Shown here: positions 13,860 through 25,539 of the stretch, in pieces
Layout: each line of letters starts with the position of its first letter
How positions within the stretch are numbered: position 1 is the stretch's first letter
Assembly: GCA_013239625.1 (NCBI GenBank)
Contig: MU053810.1
Span: 2,863,518-2,927,517, forward strand
Source of the DNA: Lama guanicoe
Lineage: Eukaryota
DNA length: 64,000 nt
Direction: 5' to 3'
Program-made: the position numbers and the translations under genes
The notes under the pieces: generated by a model
Told to the model about the DNA's origin: nothing
Databases searched by the model: none
What the model saw: only the letters and a program-made list of their open reading frames with translations

Positions 13860-14080
13860 GAGGGCAGATTTTAGAGGCAGGCTACCTGGATTCAGAGGTC
13901 AGCTTTGCCATCTCACTAGCTACGTGACATTCAGCATTACTTCACTTTTTGATGGGTGGATCTTCTCTTCCATAAAACGGGGATAATAAGAGCACCTAAG
14001 TCACAGAGCTGTCGGAAGGATTAAATGTGCTAATACATGGGACACCCTGAGGCCCTGTATGTGTTAACCTATTTTTATTA
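13860..14080 (+). mobile_element. MIR SINE
   Basis: Core: gctttgccatctcactagctacgtgac...ataaaacggggataataagagcacct...aggattaaatg. Confidence 0.8.
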
Positions 14081-14674
14081 TCACTTCAGCATTTTGCCAA
14101 GAACGTTAGTTATTCTCCACCACAAAGTAAGGGTGAGTTTTCCTGTTTTATACTTAACCAAAAACAAAACTCCGCCTGCAGAATCCTGTCTTGCTTACAT
14201 GACTTCTTTTCACCTGAACCCTCTTCGCCACAGCGCAAAAAGCTTTTGCTGGAGAAATCTCTTACTCTGGTCCTACCAAATTTGAACACTTCTCTGCTAA
14301 TGTTTCTTCCTCCTGCTACAGCACAGAATTCCACTAAAAATTCCCTTCCGAAATGCCCACTAGATTCAAAACCATACTATCTGAGGATAGCAATGCACCC
14401 AATCACCTTAATCTACTCCATCTAATTCCAAGACTTCTAACACATTCCCTCGTCTCACCATTTATTCTAAGCAAAGAACCCTATCCTCTTTTTGCTCCAT
14501 TTCTAAGCATTTATTTAAATGTTCATGCTTTTTCGTTCCTTCATATCTTACTTGTACTTTTGAATTATAATTACAATATGCTCACTCTAGGAAGCATTAC
14601 TTCTTTAATAAACCTATAATCTCAAACAATTCTACTATACCCAACAAACTCTACATTGTTCCAACAATCCTTCT

Positions 14675-15256
14675 GTAAGTTTGGTGTCCTACACTATAAG
14701 ATGCACTGACAAACTAGAAGACTTTAAAAGGAAAGTGATCAAACGGTGAAGGGGCTTGAAACTATAAATATATATAGTGTGTGTATGCATATATATACAC
14801 ATACACACATACATATAAATACACACGTATACTTATATATACACATATTTTACACTGAAGTATAGTTGATTTATAATACTGTGTTAGTTTCAAGTATACA
14901 GCAAAGTGATATATTTTTTTCAGATTACTTTCCATTAGAGGTTATTATAAAAAATTGAATATAGCTCCCTGTGCTATACAGTAAATCTCGGTTGCTTATC
15001 TATTTTATGTATAGTAGTTTGTAACTGTTAATCCTATACTCCCAATTTATCCTTCCCCACTTCCATTTCCCCTAGGGTAAACATGTCGTCTATGTCTGTG
15101 ACTCTGGGCTTGAAAGTATATTTAAAAGGGATTGAAGATGAAAAAATTCAGGATAATTTTTGATTTTGGATAAATCTAACAAATAGCATTCTAAAAGTTA
15201 AAAATCACCTGAAAATGAAACAGACTGCCTTTGGAGGTAATATTCAAGAAAGACCA
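14675..15256 (+). mobile_element. L3/CR1 fragment split by a younger L1 insertion
   Basis: ctgacaaactagaag...ggtgaaggggcttgaaa on the left; ttctaaaagtt...cagactgcctttggaggtaa...ttcaag on the right. Confidence 0.6.
14767..15105 (-). mobile_element. Cetartiodactyl-type L1 3' UTR fragment with ~15-bp TSD
   Basis: tgaagtatagttgatttataatactgtgttagtttc...ctccctgtgctatacagtaaatc; TSD gggcttgaaa(c/g)tata at 14752-14766 and 15106-15120. Confidence 0.88.
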
Positions 15257-16289
15257 CGCCAGGCCCCAGGGTGGGGGGTGTGTGTGTGTGAGATATATTT
15301 AGAAGAGGTTGAATAACAGCAGTTGTTTTCAACCTTTTTTCCCTCCCACTCTTCATGAGAAGCTAATTTCATGCCACCATCATTGTTAAGTAGGGAAAAT
15401 AAACACAAAGTTTCATTTTGAGTCCAAAATAAGCCCCAGTTAACCTACACAGGAAATGATACATTCCTTGTGGCCATAAACTCATCCATTTTGGAAACAA
15501 TGCCTGGCACATAATAGACACTTAGTATTTGAAGAGCGAACAAATGCTTGCTTTAATCAATCAGGGCTCTGGACTGACTAAATTTAGCTCCATAATCCTG
15601 CATTAAAACTATAGACTTTACATTGTTCCAAACAGAGAGTTCTGACCTGGAGGAATTTATACTCTTACTGACAGAACATGAGGAAAAGCTTTTACTATAT
15701 AATCAACTTTCTTAATACTCAACAAAATTTCTTGGAGGGCTCAAAACTCGTCTGCATAGACATAAAGCAGAGGACTGATTTTACCTTATAGAACTATGAC
15801 TGACTTAAAGAATTTACATGTTACGGGGTGGTTCTTTGTACGCAAATACATAGCATGGGCTCCTGCACGGGAAGGTGTTAAATTTATTTCTAGTTTTACT
15901 TCCAGTTATTTACTGAAGCACTATTATATGTGTTGTATTTTGTTAGGATATATGAGGATTATATAAGACAAGCAGTTGCCCTTAAAGCATATGTAAAAAT
16001 AACTATGGATATTAACCAAAATAAAGAATATAAACTCCAAGAGAACGGGGATTTTTGCCTTATAATTTTTTTTTTAAATTTTCAGGGCCTAGAAGAGTAT
16101 CTAGCACATAGTAAGCTCTCAATAAATATCTGTTGAACGTATTATTGGAAGATGAGTGGTGCTCATCCAACATTCTATCTGTTTCCCCACATTTCTTTAT
16201 CATCTTGAGATTAGGTGGGGTGATGGGACTGGTTCTGGATGGGCTGTGGTTGGCAATACCATGTCTCATTTTAAACCAAACATCAAAAA

Positions 16290-16435
16290 GCTTGTGCAGT
16301 CCTCCAGCTCTCTACTCTCGCAGTGGTGAGCAAGGAGGCCGCACGTTCCAGGTGGGTACGGCTACAAGACATCATTATTCTAAGTCCCTAAATGGCTGGC
16401 GAGAGCAGAATGCCCCCTTCACCACCAACCAGGAG
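16290..16435 (+). mobile_element. Old MaLR LTR fragment (MLT1J-like)
   Basis: ggccgcacgttccagg...gctacaaga...gtccctaaatggctggcgagagcagaatgcccc. Confidence 0.5.
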
Positions 16436-17334
16436 TAAATAAGAGGCATACACTGGAAAAAAAAATTTCAAGTCACTGGAATTCCAGAATGATCTGTACC
16501 ATACCACAGTCTTTCCTGATTTATACAAATACAAAGTGCTATGAAGTCAGCACAGAGATTATAGAACGGGAAGTTTTCAGTTGGCCTGATCAGGAAAGGC
16601 TTCATAATGATGACAATCTAGCTAAGCCTGCAATATTTCCAAGATTAGTGAGCTACAAAATGGAAGATAACCATTCTTATAAACCTTTCTTTTTAATATT
16701 ATTGTCATAGTTTAAGTGATAAAATAACATGCTGAGCTGGCACTGTTTATCATGTTTTGGTTTACTTTTACTTCTCCTTACAAACTTTAAAATATTAAAT
16801 GATTAAAAAAAATTTAGGAAAGAAGGGAGTTGATTTAGAGTGGTATAAGCAGGGAACTGGTACCACCTGTCCTAAAGGCAATAAGGAACAGGGAAGAACT
16901 CAGAGCTCTGAGAGGGAGCTGCACGGAGGATGGAGGATGCCCCACCTCTGTGTCCGACAGCACCAGTCTCTTCTGCTTGAAGCTTACATACAACCTTCAA
17001 TATAGGAGACTATCTTAAGTACATTTTTAGAAATCTGCCCACAAGTCCAGTTGCTCTATATCAATTTTGCTCTCCCACTGACTTACAATCTCAGAAGTAT
17101 ATATAATGTGTAATTACATACAATATATAACATTACAATGAAGAATACAGGAAAACTTTTAAATTTCATACTTTGAATAAGAGTCAATTTTTTTGTACGG
17201 AACTATGATAATACTAAATTCACAAGAAGAAAAATAAAACAAAAGAAGAAGTTTTGCTCTCCTCTCTTTGAGTCAGCAGCATTCAAATAAATGGAAGGGC
17301 CAAAAGCTTCTTTTTCCATCTGGGCAAAGAGGGA

Positions 17335-17515
17335 GAGATCACAGAAGTCATCTATTCAGCCCCAAATCAACGCGAGAATCCTTCTACAATTTTTATAATA
17401 ATTACAATCTGCTTCAATCCTCTTACGGAGAATTTAAGATCAGATAGCTTATTCACTCACTGTAACACTAGCTACTCAGCTCATTACCCAGCTGTTGAAA
17501 AAATTTATTCTTTCT
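17335..17515 (-). mobile_element. L3/CR1 3' fragment
   Basis: agaagtcatctattcagcc...gagaatccttctaca...tctgcttcaa...ctgttgaaaaaatt. Confidence 0.5.
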
Positions 17516-20079
17516 TAGCTTTTTATATTTTTTATATTTTAAATTTATTTTCATCTGCTTTAAGTTTCACTTCTACCATTAATTAGTTGTGTCGCTTTGG
17601 GCAAACTGCCTCACCAATGAGTCTTAAGTATTTTTCATCTCTAAATTATGGAGCTGATGAGGCTGCATATCGCTAACATTCTACCTAACACTCTGCGGTT
17701 TTTAAATCTTTAAAATCTTTTCTACAAAACTCTACTTTATATTCTGTCTTTGGACCGCCGAATAATTGCATCTTATGCCCTCCTTTCAGAGGGTGGAAGG
17801 AATGGAATCTTTGTTGCGAGGTCTTTCCAATTTTCCTGTATCCCTTTGTCCTTCTGTGGCAGTGGAGTTTCAGCCTTATAAAAATTCAGACGAGCTTTTC
17901 CACCCTTTTTCATTTGTTTACATATACCCTATGTAAAGTATGTCTGTGTGCAAAAATTTTTCAAAAAGTTACAAGAGTACTAACAGTAAGCTTCCTCACC
18001 CCTCGGAAAATCTGTGTCTAACTCTGAGTAGAAAGAAGGACAGGCAACTCGGCTTGCTACAAATGCCTCCTAGCCTTTTAGAAGCTTTTTTCCCTGCTAA
18101 TTAGCTGTGAATGTTTTGTTTATTTGGTTTCTGACAGAGTCCCAGCAAGCAGAAGCAAAGGGGCTAGAAATGAAGGGCCCTCACTATAGAGAGGGTGACC
18201 TCCAGCCTTGTCCACAGCTGTAGTTTCCAAAGAAGAAGCTTCCTGGGAGGGAGGAAGCCTCCATTTATAAATAGTTTTGTATAAAGTACAATATTCCTGT
18301 TACTCTCTTGAGCAACTTTAATTTTATTTTAATTTTTAAAGGTAAAAGCCATAGCACTACAGAGAAGATTCCTCCATTTTCTCAGCCACTGCTCCTTGGC
18401 AACCTGTAAATCCTGATGGGGGTGGAGATATGCATGCTGGCAATTTCCTACAATACTTTCTAGTCTGTGTCCAGATAAGATCAGCTTGGTAATGAGAAAA
18501 GATGGGACTGGGACTTAACAATGGGAAAAATGAACAACTTAAGGCATTGCACACGTAAAGGAGTCGTATATTTTATAAATTATGTTACTAACAAATGTAA
18601 CATAGCAGGTAGAGAGAAACTGAAATGGTACATTGCCAGAAAGTCAAACTATCGAGCAAATCAATGCTGAATACTTACTTAAGACCTACTTCATCTCAGA
18701 AAATGTAGAGAACTATGAACTAACTATGAATTAGATTGCTGATCATGTGGGATATTTAGCACCTACTGACCTTGTATGAGAAGTTAATGGTATTAACAAT
18801 CTAAATTATTATGGACCCAAATATATGAAGCTCCAATACAAACAGGCAGTCACAAAAATAAACTAAGTTACAAGAGTTAAAATGAAAATATGCACATAGC
18901 CTTGGTTATATTTCATCAGGTGTTTGCTACTTTCATGGCTACGAACATGTTTCAGAACACATACAGTCAACTTAAAAAATATCAAGAAGGGCATTTTGGA
19001 GGTTAGAAAAATTTCTTGGGGTTATAGGCTGCATATAGTCAACACGGAAGACTGGTTTAGTCAGATTCCAAGAGAATGCATCTTCCCTTCAAAACTGTCA
19101 TGAGAACAGAAATAGACCGGTAAGATAGTAAAGTGTCACTGGGGCCATATTTTTAACATTAAAATTAAATTCCAGCTTCAAAGTACACAATGCCATTCCT
19201 GATACAGGCCAAGTTCCTTGTTAAATTCTAATTCATATTCCGACTCTTCTGTTGATCATTCCACCTGCTTTTCTCGCGATCGAAATAGTCTTATCAAGTT
19301 CTCCTACCTCCTCAGCATTCAGTCATGCATTTTCTCCTCTCTAATGCTCTCTCATTTAGAAATACTCCCCGTATTCTTTTTCTTTGGTTTCTCATTTGAT
19401 TTTTTACTTTTCTGCCCACGTGGGTACATGAATGATATGGAGGCACACATTTTGCTAAATACAGTGCATACATACAAATTTCCTCGAAGATCTTCCAGTC
19501 TAGGAAATGTCTGAGATTAACGTAACATCAAATATTTCACATGTATCAAATTATAGTCGTTTTCAGTGATTGGCCTCATTCTCCTTCTAATCTACCAAGC
19601 CTTACAATTCCTCCTATTATCTTTTTTGGAGAAAAGGAAAGGAACAAAACCCAGGGCTGGAGGTAATAAAGACCTTCTCAAAAAGCAAGGGGGAACTACC
19701 AAAGAAATACTTTTACCTCTTCCCTGCCCGATCACAGAACCACTGTGAGTATTTGATGCCCATGATGCACTTAAACTCTCCCATTCCTAACAATGAATGT
19801 ATACACATCTTTGACAGATGTGTGTTATGGAAACACGTTCCTGTCTAAATGTCCTTTTAACAGGTTTGTCAGATTTATCTGTTAGAGTATAAATTCCTAA
19901 ATGGCTATATTCAGAGTCTAGAGACCTGGGATATAGTCATAGATGACAGTAATGGGCTATGTGGCATTTTATTTTTTAAAAACAAGCAGTTGTACAATGC
20001 TTTCCTCAGGGTTCTTTATGACTGTGTGGGAACTACCGCATCTATGACACTATTTCTGTACACTCCCTAGTACACAGAG

Positions 20080-20370
20080 TGGGAGCTTCACTGTCAAGTG
20101 TCTACTCATCTTTCAAGACTCCATTCAAGTGGCTCCTCTTTTTAGTTTTCCTTGGTTTTCCTAAATAGAGACAATCTTACTTCTCTGAACATCTCCAGGA
20201 GTCACTGTTTATACCACATGTGTGAAGCTTATACCGTATTGTGTCACCATTATTTTAATTCATGTGACACCACCTCTGCCTGACTGCAAGGTCCAAGCAG
20301 GCATGTTCACCTCTACAGCCTCTTCCACTGTCCTCTGATACAACATTTAACACATTTTATTGAACATGCT
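20080..20370 (+). mobile_element. L2 3' fragment
   Basis: tctactcatctttcaagactccattcaagtggctcctct...gactgcaaggtccaagcaggca. Confidence 0.6.
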
Positions 20371-23325
20371 GAGCTGTTTTTCAAAACATAACTAGTAGAA
20401 GCTTTAAACATCAAATATTGCTATAATTATTCTCATTTGTAATTTGGGGGGAGGGATAGAAAACAATATAGGTAAAGTAACTAGGCAACAAGAAATTTTC
20501 TTAGGGCCTTAGATGCTAAGTAATACACAGTGAACTTTGGAGTATAAACTGACCCAGAACTGCCACTTTTCCAAATCTGCTGGATAACCCACCACGTAAG
20601 CATGTGAAGTATAATAAAGGGATGGGTATTTAGAGGGAGAATGGGGGTCAGGGGGAGCTGGAGATGAAGAGCTGTTAGGAAGACAAGGAGAAAATTTGGG
20701 AACAGGTTCTGCTAGTGTGAAGGCCATTTGCTCCAAGTATCCGGGTCTCCCACTGTCAGCTTGGACCACCCTCTGTCTTACCCAACAGCTATATGCTTAC
20801 ACAGAATGCGTGGTGCTCAATTTTAATGAACTTTTCATGAAACTCAAGGGATTCACACACAGAAGTAAAACTCCCTTAACTGATACTTGTTTAACTATGC
20901 TTATATGAGCTCACTGTATTAGCTCTGAAACCCATGTGTTTCAGTGATTCTTGTAATTATGATTCAATTAAATGTTATAAAAAAAAGATGAAAACTGAGT
21001 AGCAAATTTTCTATGAAAACCAATGAAGGCTCAATGAAAGAGTGGCTAAAAGAGCTGTTCACCAGATGTACCTAAGTCCATGATACAAGACTGAGGGACA
21101 TCACAAAACTCTCTACGGCTTATATAATTACATTGCTTCATAAGAGTGTAGTTTAACTCTTCTCTAAAGAAATCACCTGGAAACTTGTCCTTAAAGAAAC
21201 CAAGATGATAGGTATGGTTTATGCAAGAAAGGACTCCTACTTTAAAATAAAACAAAGGCCTTAAATCACAAGAGTGGTGAAAAAATGTAAAAAAGCACAT
21301 GCTTAAAATGTTTAAGGTCATATGTATCACTTTTTACACTGAGGGCTCTGGTAGGACTTTTTTTTTTTTTTTTAATCACCACTGTATAGTTACCAATTCA
21401 GACTGCTTCAGGTAAAAAGGGCTCCTTCGGAATTTCTTAAAAACTTTATTTAAGAAGATCTCATAGAAGTGTCATAAAAATTTCAGTGTTGTAGACAAGG
21501 TATATGTATTTACATCACACAATTTTATGAATGATTAACTAATACAAAGGTCACAGCAGGTTGGGAGGAAAAAAGCAGACAAAATCTAATCCTAACAGTA
21601 ACCATTCAGTAAGTACTGATGCCTGTGAAAGCATAAGCTATACATTTATTGATCTAAAAATACTTTCACTATTACAATTTGTATCAGAGTCTACTATATT
21701 ATATTATTCTGTTGGTGAAGAGCAAAACTTTAAAATTCAAATCGATTCAATAGTTTAAGAAAGCAGTTTCTGAAGAGGCTAAAAAGTTTTTGTAAAATTC
21801 CTGTAAGTCTTCTGCAAATTTGTGATGAGGCAAAACACTTAAAGTAATAACTTGCAGATCTAATCCATTTTAATAAATTGATTCTATTTTTGCAACCTGC
21901 TCTGCATGTTAACCAAGAAATATGTTAATTTTACCAAATAAACTTTGTTTCAAATGACTTAGATTAAAATTATAAAGAAGTGTTTCAGACTGACATTTTA
22001 TGTGATATTTTATGTATACTGTCGCACGATTATATTTTAAATTTATCTATACTCTGGTTTCCTATTGCATAGATTCTAAAGGTAGCAAAAAATAATTATT
22101 CTTAAAAACATAAGAAAACGTCCTAAAATATGTTTCTGTCACATCTTTGCTCACATATACCAGTATAATAAATACACTTTCCCCTCTCTCTTAAGTCTTA
22201 CAGAGCATACAAGGATTGTGGATTTTTACTCAAATAAACAGTATACTAAACAACTCAAAAACAAAGGTTTTTAATTACCAAAATGTTTTAACTGTCTCTA
22301 TTAACTGCAAACAAGATATGATTCTATAAGCAATAACAATTAAGATAAACTATTTTGATTAAAGCACTGATGAATAATTTCTCAAAGGCTAGAAAGAAAC
22401 ACTCATAATTTTTAGTTCATTTTCCCTTCAAATATAATATTTTCATTATTAGAGGAAAAAGAGGAATAAAATACAGAAGTTTGAGTCATTCATTTCCTTA
22501 AATGATTAGGAATAACAGCTCTGTTATATGAAAAAAAAGAGGGTAGGACTGATTAGAAATTATCCTTCTCTCTTGCTCTGTTTTCTGAAATGAAGTATTT
22601 CCTCTCCAAAATTACAACCTCAAAGAACCTCAAAATTCGTACATCAAAACTATTATATATTCTTTCAAATATGTTTATGTGTTGGAAATTTTCTAACCAG
22701 ATGCAATAATTAAAATTAGCAAAGCAATAAAATATATCCTGGCATTCTAAATATAAAAAAATAAGAGAAACTGCCATATAATTTTTTATTGTTTGATCAC
22801 AACTATCAACAGAAACTGATTACTATTACAAGACAAAATATCCTCACTCCTCTTAAAGTTGCAAATAAAATATAAAGCTCCATGTATTTTTGCTTAATTA
22901 TACAAATGCTCATGGGTAAACCTTTTTCTCCCATACTATGTACTTAAATGCTATTAAAATAATGGTGACATAGTTGAGTCTCGTTCTTTTTTATTAGATA
23001 TGCCTTAAAGGACAATAGTGGATAAAATTTTCATTGCTTTTATGTCTGTCCTAAAGATAGTATTGTTTTTTTCCTTTTTGTTTTTCAGTGTCTTAGAATT
23101 CTAAGGTGTTCTAAAAGCATTATAAGAGATACAGGAATAGATACCTAAATAATTTTAGAACTATTCTAAATTAGGTTTATACTTCTAAAAATACTATTCA
23201 ATTCAATCAGCATTATGAAGCATCAACTGTATATTCAGCATTCAGATAGCAGACATGGGCATAAATTATTTCATGAATAATTAAAATGAAAGCATCTAGT
23301 ATTATATGAAAGAGGTACATCTTAC

Positions 23326-23419
23326 CTGGATTAGATGAGGCAATGCTTTTAGTGTAAGGCAAAACCAAATTCCCAGCTTGCACGGGAGCAAATCATGCCA
23401 TTGTGGTTTCATCAGTAAT
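23326..23419 (-). CDS. DNAJC1: DNAJC1 exon 6 (94 nt, phase 2-0)
   Basis: (R)LLMKPQWHDLLPCKLGIWFCLTLKALPHLIQ; acceptor TTTAG|A, donor CAG|GTAAGA. Confidence 0.97.
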
Positions 23420-24410
23420 CTAAATGGAAAACAAAATGCAAAAACGAAGCAAAATATAGAAAGTTGAGAAACAAAATATTTTTATAAAGATCCTGAATTC
23501 TGTTTCAAATGGCTATTTCAATTTAAAAAATGAAGTTTTTCAGTGAAATATTTATGACAGTTATCACTTAATCTGACGTATCCTATCACAAAACATATTA
23601 GTCCAGCAAATGCAATTATGTATAGTAAGTAAGAGAATCTAGGCTAAGATTTTGGGGAAGGGGATGCGTAATCAAGTTATAAAGATAAAGAAACAAAAGC
23701 CCTCTTTCAGACCTGGACTTTTCATCAGATTGGCAAAATGAATTCTTAGACCTTATGATTACTTCAGCTATAAAAGACTGAACAGCATCAGAGTGCTCCC
23801 AAGTGCTGACAAGCAGATATGAAGACTGTAGCATAAACAAACCAATACATAAAAATTAATGTCATTTGCAGTTCACTGAAGCATTACTCACTGATGTCAT
23901 CAGAACAGAAGACAGGCAGAATAGTCTCTGATCTTCATCTCACATTGATCCAGTTCCTGGCCTGCTGTGTGAACTATTTAAACCCTTTATTTCTTTCTAT
24001 GAATCAATAGAAGAAATGGTGTATCTCTTTGAGTGTACAGCGTATCACTCTCTCTACATATTGTCACTCCTGAGCTAAACACTAAAGTGACAGATTCTTC
24101 TGGTAATACTTTGTCTCTAAAGTTCAGTATAAAAATTTTGAACAAGAATTTGGGGGTTTAATTATTTAAGTATGTATTAATACTTAACAAGGGGGAAAAA
24201 ACCTGTTTAACTTTTGCTTAAGATCAGAATTTGTTTCATAAACTAATAACTAAACGTTATTAGTCTTTTATAAACAGAATGCAGATGTAAATGACAGCAT
24301 ATCTGAAGCGGATATATGTGTGAAGTTGAATCATGTTAAAGACATATTTTAAAACAGTTTCAGTCTTTAAAAACAGTTTCAAAGTATAAAATGTTTTTAT
24401 ATGCTCTCAC

Positions 24411-24508
24411 CTTTCATTTTTTTCCGGAGCACCAAGTTTTGATACATCCACAGTCTTGCCGCCTGTCTTTTTTTTCTTTTCTCTCCTTTTTCTACTAAGC
24501 AGTTCATC
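24411..24508 (-). CDS. DNAJC1: DNAJC1 exon 5 (98 nt, phase 0-2), basic ribosome-binding/NLS segment
   Basis: DELLSRKRREKKKKTGGKTVDVSKLGAPEKNE(R); acceptor ATTAAG|GAT, donor AAG|GTGAGA. Confidence 0.96.
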
Positions 24509-25373
24509 CTTAATGTGGAAAAAATTATGGTTACAGGTTATCATTAACATGTACTCTTCAAATGTTATCAAGAGTCTTCTGTGAAGGGTAAACATTAGAG
24601 AAGAACATTTATGCAAATGTATGTAGGGTCCAACATGATTAAGTAAAATCATCAATCTTTAACAATAACTGTTGCCATGGTATCCAGTCCTTAAACACAC
24701 ATGAAGTTCAGCACTGTCAGTCATGTGTATCTCCATAGCAATCAAAGTTTTCTAAGAGAAAGCATTCAACTTACTTTTTCTCATTCAGCCAACTTTAATA
24801 ATGTCACTTCAAAAAGAATGAGTAAACAGATGCTAATTCATGAATACTGATAAATATGTTTATCTTTAGCATATAAATAAAAGTACATAGCAGGATAATC
24901 TATGTAGTAGTATATTAGACTAAAAAAAGTAATAAATATTTTAACCAACTGATATCTGAAATTAAAAAATTATACTCATTTCAAGTCTTAGTTAAAAGCT
25001 TTTAAAATAAATGTTCTTTATATAAGGGCCTGTGACACAAAAATTTCTAAAATCATTTTACAGAAAAATGTGTCTATTTGAAAGGTGACAATTAAGAAAG
25101 CATGGCTCTACCTTCTAATTTTCAGCTATATATTTGAGCCTTCACAAAATTTAATAACAAGCTCAAATGCTGCATTTTAAAAAAGTAGCATATTTTCTTA
25201 TGTCATAGGTCCTTGACTTAGAAACATATCAAATACTAAACACTTCGAGTACAAAAAATTAGAATAAGGAGTAGATAAAGAAAAGTTGAAATTTTCATCA
25301 GTGAAAAATAAATGCCTGGAATTCTATATGAAATTAAGGAGACTAGGTCATTTGATTTATTACCAATACTTAC

Positions 25374-25539
25374 CAGTTGTTTTTCCAGGTAGATTGACCA
25401 AACCACAGCATAATGACCCACTGTGAGAATAATGAACAAAAGTAATGCCAGCTCAGCATTGCTCATTTTTCTCACCCGCCTGTAGTAGAACACAGGCTGT
25501 CGCCAATCTGGAAGTCCATTGATCAGAATATCATCATAC
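25374..25539 (-). CDS. DNAJC1: DNAJC1 exon 4 (166 nt, phase 2-0), end of J-domain and transmembrane helix
   Basis: (R)YDDILINGLPDWRQPVFYYRRVRKMSNAELALLLFIILTVGHYAVVWSIYLEKQL; acceptor CTGTAG|G, donor CTG|GTAAGT. Confidence 0.97.

Noticed and set aside
19218..19514. 98-aa ORF and CpG cluster tctcgcgatcga, considered as a pseudogene
   Set aside because: No recognisable protein in the frames examined; the sequence resembles a decayed L2 ORF block (gaaatagtcttatcaag...ctcagcattc).
20940..21340. Possible ancient Tigger-type fragment (gtatggtttatgcaagaaag)
   Set aside because: Too degraded to assign boundaries or family by eye.
24509..24545. Possible U12-type intron because of the AAG acceptor
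   Set aside because: The intron 4 donor is GTAAGT (U2-type), not RTATCCTT, and there is no TCCTTAAC branch site.
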